Of a DNA stretch of 17,400 nt, positions 7,751 to 17,400 are shown one piece after another. The stretch's first letter is position 1, and each line of letters opens with the position of its first letter. The translations under genes were made by a program, and so were the position numbers. Under the pieces are notes generated by a model. It saw only the letters and a program-made list of their open reading frames with translations. It was not told the origin of the DNA and made no database searches. The stretch lies in NCBI GenBank assembly GCA_963724325.1, contig CAVRUH010000002.1, positions 1-17,400 of the forward strand, given 5' to 3'. The DNA comes from Waddliaceae bacterium (lineage in GTDB: Bacteria > Chlamydiota > Chlamydiia > Chlamydiales > Waddliaceae).

Positions 7751-7823
7751 GATGCAGGTATTAATCTATAGCCTGCGAGGGCAGATGTAACGATGGGTAC
7801 AACGGATGAGAATGCACACTTCC

Positions 7824-8492
7824 TTAACTTTTTAGATTTTCTCGAAGTTTTTCGGGTAAGGTGAGGCACTCAGAGGGAAGGCAGTCGGAGAGGCTGTAAC
7901 GGCCGCTACGAGTGCGGGTGAGGGCGACTAAGTGACCGCCGCAACCTAGCATTTCACCCATGTCATGCGCAATGGATCGAATATATGTTCCTTTGCTGCA
8001 CGACACTGCAATTTCTGCATAAGGATAGGAATAACTTTTTAAGGTCGTTTGCAGGGTCACATCCACCGGCTGACGCTCAATGGTCTTTCCAGCACGCGCT
8101 AATTCGTATAATTTTTTTCCATTTACCTTTTTGGCCGAATACATTGGCGGCACTTGCTGAATCGTTCCTTGAAACTTCTGAATGGCCAATTCAAGTTCTT
8201 CTAGTGTTGGTATAATAGCGCTTTCGTGGGTGATCTCGCCTTCATTATCGTAAGTGTCGGTCGTGATGCCAAAACGGATGGTCCCGACGTATTCCTTTTC
8301 CTGATTGAGAAAACTATCAGAAAGACGGGTATAATTTCGGCCGATCAGCATAATCATGACCCCTTCGGCAAAGGGATCGAGTGTTCCTGCATGACCAATC
8401 TTCATCACACCTAAATGCTTTCTAAGTATTCTGACAAGGTTAAATGAAGTCATCCCTTTGGGTTTGTTGATGACTAATATCCCTTCATCCAT
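7824..8492 (-). CDS. truB: tRNA pseudouridine(55) synthase TruB
   Basis: INKPKGMTSF, catalytic GHAGTLDPFAEG, QVPPMYSAKKVNGKKLYELAR, CSKGTYIRS. Likely start is ATG 8492, overlapping the rbfA stop (ATGGATGA); the ORF track extends to 8513. Confidence 0.97.
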   Translation of the reverse strand: MDEGILVINKPKGMTSFNLVRILRKHLGVMKIGHAGTLDPFAEGVMIMLIGRNYTRLSDSFLNQEKEYVGTIRFGITTDTYDNEGEITHESAIIPTLEELELAIQKFQGTIQQVPPMYSAKKVNGKKLYELARAGKTIERQPVDVTLQTTLKSYSYPYAEIAVSCSKGTYIRSIAHDMGEMLGCGGHLVALTRTRSGRYSLSDCLPSECLTLPEKLRENLKS

Positions 8493-8850
8493 CTTGAGAT
8501 TGTTTTTTATCATGGATCTCTTTCAGAAGTTCTTCTATACGCATATGTTTGTCCACACCTTCATCCAAAATGAATGTGAGCTCTGGAAAATAACGCATCA
8601 CGACCTTCTTCGATGAAACTACTGCTATAGCGCCAGCAAGGGTCTGGAGTTTATTTATTGCGTTTGTTTTGACAGTTTTATCTCCTATCACACTGACGAA
8701 AACTTTCGCATAGTGAAGGTCCTTGGTGATCTCAACCTGTGTGATCGTAATGAGTTCAGGAATTCCCCGATTGGGGAAATCGCGACGGATTACTTCGGAA
8801 ATAACTTCCTTGAGCAAAGAATTTAGGCGGTCTACGCGTTGTTTTGGCAT
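8485..8850 (-). CDS. rbfA: 30S ribosome-binding factor RbfA
   Basis: RVDRLNSLLKEVISEVI, ITITQVEITKDLHYAKVFVS, MRYFPELTFILD; located between infB and truB. Confidence 0.97.
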   Translation of the reverse strand: MPKQRVDRLNSLLKEVISEVIRRDFPNRGIPELITITQVEITKDLHYAKVFVSVIGDKTVKTNAINKLQTLAGAIAVVSSKKVVMRYFPELTFILDEGVDKHMRIEELLKEIHDKKQSQDG

Positions 8851-8862
8851 AATCAGCTTTCG

Positions 8863-11436
8863 TTATAGGGTTTGTGTCAGGTATGTCGTTTCGTACGCCT
8901 CAATGATATCGCCTTCTTGGAAATCATTGAAGTTATTAAGCAGTATTCCGCATTCAAATCCCTTTGAAATCTCTTTCACATCTTCTTTAACTCGACGTAG
9001 AGAAGCTATGGAACCTTTCCAAACAAGCTCTCCACCCCGTATTACTTTGACGTGATTGCTACGCGTAATGGTTCCTTCAGACACCATGCATCCTGCAATT
9101 CTTCCAACTTGCGAAGACTTAAATACTGCAATAACATTGGCTTTTCCTTTGAGATTTTCCTGTGGAATCTTATCCAAAAGATTTGTCATCAATTCCCTGA
9201 CTTCATCGACAGCATGATAAATGATGTCATGCAGAAAAACTTTGATCCCATGTTGCTTTAACAACTGCTCAGCATGACTTTCCACAGCAGTATGGAAGCC
9301 CACAATTACTGCTTTTGAAGCTGCAGCAAGAAGAACATCGGACTCGGTGATTTCACCCACAGAAGAGGAGATTATATCTGCATCGACTTTGTCCGATTTA
9401 ATTTTGAGAAGAGCAGCTTTTAAGGCTTCAAGTGAACCTTGAACGTCTGCTCTGAGCACGATATTGAGTACTTTCTTCTTGGTGTCTGTTGCTTGTTGGA
9501 AAATGCTTTCCAAGGTCGCTTTCTTTGGTTGGTGGGAAAGATGGCGGCGATCAAATGTGCGCTGTTCAGCAATCTCCCGTGCTGTTTGTTCATTTGCAAC
9601 AACAATAAATTCATCACCCGCTTCAGGCAAACCTGAGAGCCCAGTAATTTCAACTGGAGTAGAAGGGCCTGCTTCCTTGAGGTTGCGGTTGTGGCCGTCG
9701 CGCATTGTTTTGACTTTACCCCAATGAGCTCCAAATACAACGGAGTCTCCAATTTTGAGGGTTCCATTTAGGACAAGAACCGTAGCAACAGAGCCCATTC
9801 CTTTGTGTAGTTCAGACTCCAATACTGTTCCTCTGGCACGTGATTGCGGATTGGCCTTAAGTTCAAGAACCTCAGCTTGGAGGGCAAGCATCTCAAGTAA
9901 TGTTTTGATTCCTTCGCCAGTTTGCGCCGAAGTGTTTACAGTGATTGTTTGACCACCCCATACTTCAGGAAGTAATTCATGTTCTGCAAGTTGCCTATAT
10001 ACGTTTTCTGCATTGAAATTAGGCTTGTCGCACTTATTTAGAGCCACAACGATGGTAACTCCTGCAGCTTTGGCATGGTTCATCGCTTCTTCTGTTTGAG
10101 CACGGATTCCTTCGTCTCCTGCGATAACAAGCACGACGATGTCGGTCACGTCTGCACCCCGAGCTCTCATGGCTGAAAAGGCTTCGTGACCAGGGGTGTC
10201 AAGAATGGCGATATCGCCAACTGCAGTAGAACAACGGAAAGCACCGATATGTTGTGTAATAGCTCCTGCTTCACCTGAAGCGATGCTGCTTTGACGAATG
10301 TAATCGATAAGACTAGTTTTGCCGTGGTCAACGTGTCCCATGAAGGTGACCACTGGAGCGCGCGTTTGAAGCTGGGAAGGCTCTGAAGCTGCGATCTCTT
10401 CCCGTATAGTCTTATCTGTTATACGAATTCTCTCTTCTTCAGTAGTATCGATGGTAATCTTGCATCCAAATTCCTCTCCAAGAAGAAGAATTGTTGTTTC
10501 GTCTTCAAGTATATCATTAAGAGTAACGATAATCCCTTGAAGAAATAATTTTGAAATCAATTCTGAAGACTTGAGTTTCATTGCTGAGGCTAAGTCTTTC
10601 AAACGAACAGGTATCCGAATAGAGATCGTCGTTGGACGTGTCGTAATCTCTTCTTGAACCTGTTGCTTAATACCCCTTTTCTTTCTCCAGCGCTGATCTT
10701 CTTCAGTCGTATCTCTCAAACCATAACGATCTCTGGTATCAAAACGGGAACTAGTTTTCTTAGCTGGTTTGATATCTTGGAATTCTTTGAATTTGGCAGG
10801 TTGACCTTTTCTAGCTTCTGGCGCTGGAGGGGCCTTTACCTCTTCTGTCCGGGGTTTGACCTTTGCTTTTTTCTGAATATCTTCCTGCGATTGAACATTT
10901 TGTACAGGTTCTGGTTTTGGCACTTCTACGTGTCTTACAGGCTTTTTTGGAAGAAGATCTTTTACGTGCCTTCCTGTAGGGCCAAGTGCTTCTCTTCTGG
11001 GAGGAGGAGCTTGCACTGGAGCAGGTGGGGGCGTCGGCGTCGAAACTACCACCTGTGGTGTTGGAAGGGGAGAAACAGGTGTGGGCTCAACGATTTCTTC
11101 AACAATTGATTCCTCGACAATAGACTCTTCCTCAGGTTCTTCAACAACTGGAACAGGAAGGGGTGCAGGAACGGTTAGAAGCTCTTCGTGTTTTTCGATC
11201 TCTTCTTCTTTGGCAAATGCAGATTTCGTACGGGCTTTTCTTCGGGGAGGTTCTTCCTCCTCAATCTTTGCCTGTATGTGCTTATCTGCAGAGGATTTCT
11301 GAGCTAAAGCTTCAGGCGCCGGTTTAACATCAGCTTTCTTTTCAGCCAACTTCTTTTTGATTTTATCAAGTTGAAGAGCTTCTGCAATCTGCGTGTTTTT
11401 GATGTTGATTTTGAGTTCTTTTTTTTCTTTTGGCAA
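8863..11436 (-). CDS. infB: Translation initiation factor IF-2
   Basis: 857 aa, TTG start. GTPase motifs [41 protein letters not shown]; also [11 protein letters not shown] and KGFECGI. Chlamydial-type N-terminus [11 protein letters not shown]. Confidence 0.99.
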   Translation of the reverse strand: MPKEKKELKINIKNTQIAEALQLDKIKKKLAEKKADVKPAPEALAQKSSADKHIQAKIEEEEPPRRKARTKSAFAKEEEIEKHEELLTVPAPLPVPVVEEPEEESIVEESIVEEIVEPTPVSPLPTPQVVVSTPTPPPAPVQAPPPRREALGPTGRHVKDLLPKKPVRHVEVPKPEPVQNVQSQEDIQKKAKVKPRTEEVKAPPAPEARKGQPAKFKEFQDIKPAKKTSSRFDTRDRYGLRDTTEEDQRWRKKRGIKQQVQEEITTRPTTISIRIPVRLKDLASAMKLKSSELISKLFLQGIIVTLNDILEDETTILLLGEEFGCKITIDTTEEERIRITDKTIREEIAASEPSQLQTRAPVVTFMGHVDHGKTSLIDYIRQSSIASGEAGAITQHIGAFRCSTAVGDIAILDTPGHEAFSAMRARGADVTDIVVLVIAGDEGIRAQTEEAMNHAKAAGVTIVVALNKCDKPNFNAENVYRQLAEHELLPEVWGGQTITVNTSAQTGEGIKTLLEMLALQAEVLELKANPQSRARGTVLESELHKGMGSVATVLVLNGTLKIGDSVVFGAHWGKVKTMRDGHNRNLKEAGPSTPVEITGLSGLPEAGDEFIVVANEQTAREIAEQRTFDRRHLSHQPKKATLESIFQQATDTKKKVLNIVLRADVQGSLEALKAALLKIKSDKVDADIISSSVGEITESDVLLAAASKAVIVGFHTAVESHAEQLLKQHGIKVFLHDIIYHAVDEVRELMTNLLDKIPQENLKGKANVIAVFKSSQVGRIAGCMVSEGTITRSNHVKVIRGGELVWKGSIASLRRVKEDVKEISKGFECGILLNNFNDFQEGDIIEAYETTYLTQTL

Positions 11437-11441
11437 CCGGA

Positions 11442-12719
11442 TTACATCCTTTGTTTTCTAATTTGTTCTAATATTTTGTCTGCCTTCTCAATGCTTATGC
11501 CTGGAATCTTTGCCAATTGTTCAGGTGATGACATCAATAGGGCGCGAGGTGTATTTAATCCTTCTGGGACCAAGTGGTCAAAGATCAACTGATTCACACC
11601 TTCAATGCGCTCTAATGGCTGATTGAGAGATTCATCATCTGATTCGGCAAGCTCGCTTCTTTGGATGGCCATCGTGCGGTTGTAATCGGTCATGCGCTGC
11701 ACTTCAAGCTCATAGCCAATGAGCTCGCTATTCAAGCGGGCATTCATTCCTTTTTTGCCAATCACAGCAGCAAAATCATCATCTTCTACAACAATGGAAA
11801 TGACATCATCATCTTCACTAACGTTGATTTTTCGGATTTCGATAGGCGATAAAGCATTTTGCAACAGTTCGACTGGATCGTTGAGAGAATGGGATGATAT
11901 CAATTTTTTCATTATTAAGTTCGCTCACGACATTTTTAACTCGAGCTCCGCGCATCCCCACACAGGCCCCTACGGGGTCGATTTTCGGGTCGGTCGAACG
12001 AACGGTTAGTTTTGTGCGATAGCCAGCATCGCGTACAATTTTATCGATGATAATGATTCCATCGTTAATTTCTGGAACTTCTTGAATCATCAATTGACTG
12101 ACAAATTCTGGATGGCTGCGTGATAAGATAACTTCTGCGCCGCCATTTTCGGTGTCGTTCACTTCAAGGAGAACGGCGAGAACTTTTTCGCCAACTTTGA
12201 TATTTTTCTGTTTTAGGATAATGCCTCATTGGCATGATGGCTTCAACTTTTCCCAAGTCAATAATGAGGTTGGCCCCGCTTGACAAATCGTTTGACAGTC
12301 CCAGAAATGAATTCATTGATGCGGTGACGGTATTCTTCATAGATAACATCTCTTTCGGCGCCCCGCAGTTTTTGGGTGATGATCTGCCTTGCTTTTTGCG
12401 CGGCGATGCGTCCAAAATCTTTTGGGGTGACGACGACGTCAATAAACTGGCCGATTTCGCAATCGGGATCAATCTCTCGAGCATCTTCAAGGGAGATTTC
12501 TTGTGCGGGAACTTCGACCTCTTCGACGATTTCTTTTTCTGAAAATACGTCGATATTTCCGGTTTTAGGGTTGATTGTCACTGTGACATTGGAGGCTCCA
12601 GAGACGCTCTTTTTGGCGGCCGCTGTGAGAGATTCTTCAATGGCGTTGATAACAATATCTCGTTTGATGCCTTTTTCTCTTTCAAGATATTCAAAAATAG
12701 CAATGAGATCTTTGTTCAT
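11442..12719 (-). CDS. nusA: Transcription termination/antitermination factor NusA, broken by three +1 frameshifts (probable sequencing errors)
   Basis: Four consecutive ORF fragments: [77 protein letters not shown]. Removing single extra bases near 12278, 12197 and 11883 gives a 424-aa product. Confidence 0.95.
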
Positions 12720-12733
12720 TGGTTCCTCTAAGC

Positions 12734-14430
12734 TTACGAGTTATTTTCCGTTACGACGATATCATCGCGGTTTACCTTATTTTCATCAATAAGATATTCT
12801 TTGATCGAAAGCGCAATTTTCTTGTGTTCAGGATCGAGTTTAATCACTTTCGCGGTCACTTCGTCGCCTTTAGAGACAACATCTTCCACTTTGCCAAAAG
12901 CTTGGTCTGAAAGTTCGGTGACATGGATCAAGCCTTCGATGCCGTTGTCGAGTTCAACAAAGGCTCCAAAAGCTGTGATTTTGCTCACTTTCCCTTTGAC
13001 AAGCTGCCAACAGGCATGGTTTTTTCGATGGTTTCCCATGGATTGTTGCTCAGTTGCTTGACGCCGAGGGTGATTTTTTTGCTTTCTCTGTCAACAGAGA
13101 GAACCACAGCATCGACGATATCGCCTTTTTTGAGGACTTCAGAAGGATGCGAGACTTTTTTGATCCAGCTTAGGTCGGAGATATGGATAAGCCTTCAACG
13201 CCTGGCTCCAGTTCAACAAAGGCGCCATAGTTTGTCAGGCTGCGAATTTCGGCTTTGACGTTTTGCCGACAGGATATTTTTTCTCGACATCATCCCAAGG
13301 ATTGTGTTCAGTTTGTTTAATGCCAAGAGAGATTTTGCCTTCTTCTTTTTGGACAGAGAGGACGATCGCTTCAACTTCATCGCCTTTTTTGACCACTTCG
13401 CTTGGATCGGTGATATTTTTGACCCAAGACATTTCGGAAACGTGGATAAGCCCTTCGATGCCGGGTTCGATTTCGATAAAGGCGCCATAAGGAAGAAGTT
13501 GACGATTTTGCCTTTGACACGTGTGCCAGGAGGGTATTTTCTGTTCGATTTGATCCCATGGATTGGTATTCTTTTTGTTTTAAGCCGAGAGCGACGCGTC
13601 CTTTATCTTTGTCGACACTGAGGATCATCACTTCGAGTTTTTGGCCCAGATGGACCATTTCAGAAGGATGCTTGATTCGCTTCCAGGTCATATCGGTGAT
13701 ATGCAGAAGGCCATCGATGCCGTCGAGATCGAGGAAGACACCGAAGTCGGTGATATTTTTCACAACGCCTTCGCGGACGTCGCCGTCTTTGATATTTTCG
13801 AGAAGTTCAGCTTTCTTAGAGATTCGTTCGGCTTCGAGAAGTTCGCGGCGGGAAACGACGACGTTTTTGCGATCGATATTGATTTTAAGAATTTTGAATT
13901 CGTAGGTTTTGCCGATGTATTCGTCGAGGTTTTTAATGCGCTTATTGTCGATTTGAGAGCCTGGCAGGAATGCTTCCATGCCGATATCGACCATCAAGCC
14001 GCCTTTGACTTTGCGCAGGACGCGTCCTTTGACGATGGAGCCTTCTTCGCAATGTTCGAGGATGTATTCCCATTGGCGGAGTCGTTCGGCTTTTTCGCGG
14101 GAGAGGACGATTTGGCCATTATCATCTTCGGCTTGATCGAGAAGGACTTCGACTTCTGCCATCTAAGACAACTTCTGAAGGGTCGGAAAATTCTTCGATA
14201 GGCACTAGGCCTTCTGATTTTAGGCCCACATCGACGACGACGTGATCTTTGGTGATTTCGACAATTCTTCCTTTCAGAACATTGCCTGGGGTCATTGAGG
14301 AAATATCTGTTTCTGCTTTTTTTGCTTTTTTATCAAGCAGTTTTATAAAGGCTTTGCATCTTTTTCTTGGAATGGGACATCGTCTACGATATTGCTTTTC
14401 GTTCCAAGTATGTTGTGGGTTATTGGACAT
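12734..14430 (-). CDS. rpsA: 30S ribosomal protein S1, broken by about nine single-base frameshifts (probable sequencing errors)
   Basis: S1 repeats across frames: [90 protein letters not shown]. The repaired length is about 565 aa. AGGAG SD at 14441-14445. Confidence 0.95.
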
Positions 14431-14440
14431 TTAAAGGTTT

Positions 14441-14445
14441 CTCCT
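14441..14445 (-). promoter_or_regulatory. Shine-Dalgarno of rpsA
   Basis: AGGAG on the minus strand, 10 nt before the ATG at 14430. Confidence 0.7.
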
Positions 14446-14469
14446 AATATTTCTTTACTGATACCGACC

Positions 14470-14499
14470 ATACTATCAAATCCTTAACATAATTTGCAA
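14470..14499 (-). promoter_or_regulatory. Putative sigma70/sigma66 promoter of the rpsA operon
   Basis: Minus strand TTGCAA (14499-14494), 18-nt spacer ending in TGA, then TAGTAT (14475-14470): an extended -10-like TGnTAnnAT about 40 nt upstream of the start codon. Confidence 0.55.
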
Positions 14500-14610
14500 G
14501 GACTCTTCGCACACCAACGCAATTTCTCCGCATCCCCGCTTAGAACGCAAAGGCGTCAACATACCTTTACGCATAAGTTCATCTAACTTTTCTAACGCAG
14601 GCGCAAATGC

Positions 14611-14757
14611 CATTTCAAAAAACTTTTTACAACGCAAAGGATCAAAAGGCGCAAAGGCGCAAAGAAGGAGGTTATTTATTTTTTTAATATTAATAACAAG
14701 AATATAGGTTAAATCATCACTTTCCTTCCTTTGCGTTGTAAAAAGTTTTTTGAAATG
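14611..14757. repeat. Perfect 31-bp inverted repeat element (MITE-like)
   Basis: CATTTCAAAAAACTTTTTACAACGCAAAGGA (14611-14641) and its exact reverse complement at 14727-14757. The 85-nt spacer begins with CGCAAAGG-like tandem units. Confidence 0.85.
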
Positions 14758-14867
14758 CGGTTCATGCCGTTTTAAAAGAACAAGGCAAGACGTTACGTAC
14801 TTTTTCTGTGTTTAGAAAAAATCCTGGGTAGGGTATAGGAAAATATAGTGCCTTAGGGAGGTTTATT

Positions 14868-16352
14868 ATGATTCGGTCGTCGTCTCTTAATTATGATATT
14901 GGATCTGATTTTTTTGGGGATTCTTCAAGTCCGTCCTCTGTGTCTTCAGATGAAGGCATTGAGTTGTCCCCATTAGATGCTTATACTAGGAAATTGCGTG
15001 TTGAGATCGAGTTGGATCCAGAGGACTGCACTATTAATTCAATGCAAGCATTAGAGGTTGTATTGGGTTATTTTTGTACAGGTTACCATTCGAATATAAT
15101 TCAAGAGTTACAGGGGCTTAAGGAGTTGCTGGGAGAAGAGAGGTTGCGAGATAAGAAGTATTTAGCAATTATTATTCCTGGTTTATTGGAACTTATTTCA
15201 AAGTATTCTAACGACACTGATTTGGATTTTATCATCGAATTGGGAAAAATTTTTGATTTTGGAAATTGGAATAATGAATTTTTAGCCTTTCTTGTGACAA
15301 AAGTTCGAGAACCCTGTATGAGTGGTTGGCAGGTGATGAAGTATATTACAGATTGGTCTCGGATCACTGTATTTTCAGATAATAATACGGATCTGAATGC
15401 TTTTACTGAAAAAGTTTATGACACATGTTTGACTTTGGCTCCGGACATGTATGGAGCAGCGTGTTATCGTGATTTTTTTGATGCAATGATACGGATGATG
15501 GTGGGACGCAGGATTTCAATTCTTGAGGCAAAGCTTGTAGCTGAATATTTTGGAATGCAGGTCTGCGGACTTCACAACCTTATGGAATCGCTGATTAGTC
15601 TTTATAGCAGTTGTACTATGGAAGAGGGTGGATGGCAGTTGATTATTGAAACGATATGTTCGAAAAAATTTAATGTTGTTCAGATCGAGGATGTTTTACC
15701 TTTTCTATTTTTTGTTTTTGTTAAGTTAGAAGCTGGTATTGAGGTAAAAGATGATAAATTACTACAGATTTTTGAAAATAAATTTAATTTTCGTTTGGGT
15801 TCAGAGAAACTAGATCCATTTTTAAAGCTTGGTTGCGTGGACTCAGTTCATATTCTTCTGAATAAAATACTTGAGCTATCTCTTAAAATTGAGAGTGACG
15901 TTTCGCGAGCTAATGCAGCGGGAATTGTGTCCGGTATTTTACTATTGTATTTGGATCTTTTTGAAGAGAACGATGCAAGGCTTTTTTTGAGCAAGTTTAA
16001 AGAAGTTTTAGGTATTGGAAATACTAGTCGACAGGTCAAGAAAATGGTATTTGGTGTTTTAATGCAGCTTTGTGTCAAAAAGAAGGAAAAGGAGGGGATG
16101 ACTAAAGTATTGGATTTATTCGAATTGGGACTTATTGACAAATCGTATTTATCGATCGTTGTGGAGTTTTGGAGAGTAGGCACACCAGTATTTGAAGTCA
16201 GATTTGGGAGAAAATCATCATTTATTGAAATAATGGCGCTTTTAATGGGTATTTCTCAGCGTGAAATTGTCCTCAGAATAGGTTTAAAGCTGGATTATGG
16301 TTATGACACATCGCTGATAGAACTCTATGTCCTAACTGTTAAATCATGGTAA
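14868..16352 (+). CDS. Hypothetical protein with Ser-rich N-terminus; probably continues past a +1 frameshift to ~16545
   Basis: 494-aa ORF, GGAGG SD at 14857-14861, no recognised domain. The adjacent frame from 16336 stays open (LLNHGNCEKKPLTDNEVGLIKQIIRKLPDDWSSKVTVLRSLFSIEALTADLWHNCLDKLLEILRDDTALP) with similar composition. Confidence 0.8.
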   Translation: MIRSSSLNYDIGSDFFGDSSSPSSVSSDEGIELSPLDAYTRKLRVEIELDPEDCTINSMQALEVVLGYFCTGYHSNIIQELQGLKELLGEERLRDKKYLAIIIPGLLELISKYSNDTDLDFIIELGKIFDFGNWNNEFLAFLVTKVREPCMSGWQVMKYITDWSRITVFSDNNTDLNAFTEKVYDTCLTLAPDMYGAACYRDFFDAMIRMMVGRRISILEAKLVAEYFGMQVCGLHNLMESLISLYSSCTMEEGGWQLIIETICSKKFNVVQIEDVLPFLFFVFVKLEAGIEVKDDKLLQIFENKFNFRLGSEKLDPFLKLGCVDSVHILLNKILELSLKIESDVSRANAAGIVSGILLLYLDLFEENDARLFLSKFKEVLGIGNTSRQVKKMVFGVLMQLCVKKKEKEGMTKVLDLFELGLIDKSYLSIVVEFWRVGTPVFEVRFGRKSSFIEIMALLMGISQREIVLRIGLKLDYGYDTSLIELYVLTVKSW

Positions 16353-16539
16353 TTGCGAAAAAAAACCATTAACAGATAATGAGGTTGGTTTAATTAAGCA
16401 AATTATTCGCAAATTACCTGACGATTGGTCGAGCAAAGTAACTGTATTGCGTTCGTTATTTTCCATAGAAGCACTTACGGCAGATTTATGGCATAATTGC
16501 CTTGATAAACTTTTAGAAATTTTAAGAGACGATACAGCA

Positions 16540-17230
16540 TTACCGGAAGACTGCCCGCTGGACCTGTTGGCCAGTGTCGTTTACCTCTCCCCGGTGCTGC
16601 TTGCCGATCTCGCGGACTCGATCGAGCACCGTTGGCTCGGCTGCGCGATCCTGCGCAAAGGGCGTGGAGCAGTTTCCAGGTATCCAGGCCGGGTAGGTTC
16701 CGTCGGCGATCGCCGTCAGGTCTAATTCGATCGATGAAGGGAGTGTGCCGGTGACGCAGATCAGTCGAAGCTCGAAGGCGTTGAGGAGCACGCCATAGGT
16801 CAGGCCCGACTCGCGGAGGACGCGGGGCAGCGAGAGCGACGGTGCGAACCTGCGGTGCTGGCCGGGCGGGGCAGCGTCGAGATGTGCGTCCGGGGCAGTA
16901 CAGAGCCCGTGCCAGAACGCGATCGCTATCCGATGCCAGCAGCGGGACGCCCCCTTCTTCCTCTTGCTCTTCGGTGGCGATCCGCGACCTCTCGCCCAGC
17001 CGCCAGTCGAGCAGCTCGGCAAGGGGTTGAAGTAAGAGTCGGACCGTCGAGCGGGCCTGTTCGCGATCGCGGAGGGAACGCTGAGCCGAGCGAACGACGG
17101 CCGAGGCTTTCTTGTAGCTGGCCTCCGCTGTGTCGGCATCCAGCCAGCTTTTCAACTGGGGGTCGGTACCGATGAGCTGGGTACAGAAATACTCGCTAAA
17201 GCCCTCGCCCGCGAAGGTCAACGGATTCAA
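16540..17230 (-). CDS. N-terminal fragment of a type IIG/Eco57I-like restriction-modification (N6-methyltransferase fusion) protein; frameshifted and truncated
   Basis: TTG start at 17230 with a GGAGG SD, overlapping the upstream stop (TTGA). Stitched frames give LLQPLAELLDW..HLDAAPPGQHRRFAPSLSLPRVLRESGLTYGVLLNAFELRLI..LDRVREIGKQHRGEVNDT-GQQVQRAV, resembling the G-x-L-T-N-G-x-x-L-R-L region of type IIG N-termini. No MTase motifs fall inside the window. Confidence 0.5.
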
Positions 17231-17400
17231 GGCCGGGCCTCCCTGGCGGGGGCCCGCAGCAACACCCCGAGCGGCTCGACGGCCGCCGGCTTGAATCTCA
17301 GGCGGCGATTCAGAAACGACTCATGCTCGTCGACTTCCTTGCGGTGCTCCCTCAACCGGCGCCGGACCGTCGGCGGCAATTCCCCTCCTCGATGCCGGGT
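17227..17400 (-). CDS. C-terminal 57 aa of an upstream gene, possibly a SNF2/DrmD-like helicase (partial)
   Basis: Manual translation: ..ELPPTVRRRLREHRKEVDEHESFLNRRLRFKPAAVEPLGVLLRAPAREARP*. The TGA at 17229-17227 is coupled to the next start. The EPLG-hydrophobic-P tail resembles DrmD-like helicase C-termini. The coding call is solid; the family call is tentative. Confidence 0.5.
   Translation of the reverse strand, partial: TRHRGGELPPTVRRRLREHRKEVDEHESFLNRRLRFKPAAVEPLGVLLRAPAREARP

Noticed and set aside
11020..11170. Pro/Glu-rich repeats ([22 protein letters not shown]) in IF-2
   Set aside because: The IF-2 N-terminal region is normally variable and low-complexity.
11880..14400. Programmed frameshifting or phase variation in nusA/rpsA
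   Set aside because: There are too many shifts, of mixed sign, mostly outside long homopolymers or slippery heptamers; sequencing error is simpler.
11371..14434. Numerous + strand ORFs opposite rpsA/nusA (e.g. 13641-14201, 12376-12792)
   Set aside because: These are antisense shadows of conserved genes with biased codon use and have no recognisable motifs.
16447..16725. 92-aa + strand ORF as an independent gene
   Set aside because: It straddles the GC junction: the first third is the frameshifted continuation of the orphan gene and the rest is antisense to the high-GC gene.

Overview
Mostly a Chlamydiae-like (environmental chlamydia) genomic segment. The minus strand carries the conserved rpsA-nusA-infB-rbfA-truB cluster, with no ribF after truB. 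To its left is an accessory block: a GNAT/helical-repeat gene running off the left edge, an ankyrin-repeat gene whose last 75 bp are duplicated around a nested palindromic element with compensatory hairpin changes, an MFS transporter, an atypical NTT/TLC nucleotide transporter, and an AAA-ATPase/PD-(D/E)XK gene. nusA and rpsA contain about 12 single-base indels, most likely sequencing errors. Right of rpsA lie a perfect 31-bp inverted-repeat element and a Ser-rich orphan gene. That gene is cut at about 16545 by an abrupt switch to high-GC DNA encoding the tail of a probable SNF2 helicase and the N-terminus of a type IIG/Eco57I-like R-M protein; this is probably a chimeric join. The most novel-looking item is the 2722-2974 multi-hairpin element. 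All calls were made by eye, without database searches.
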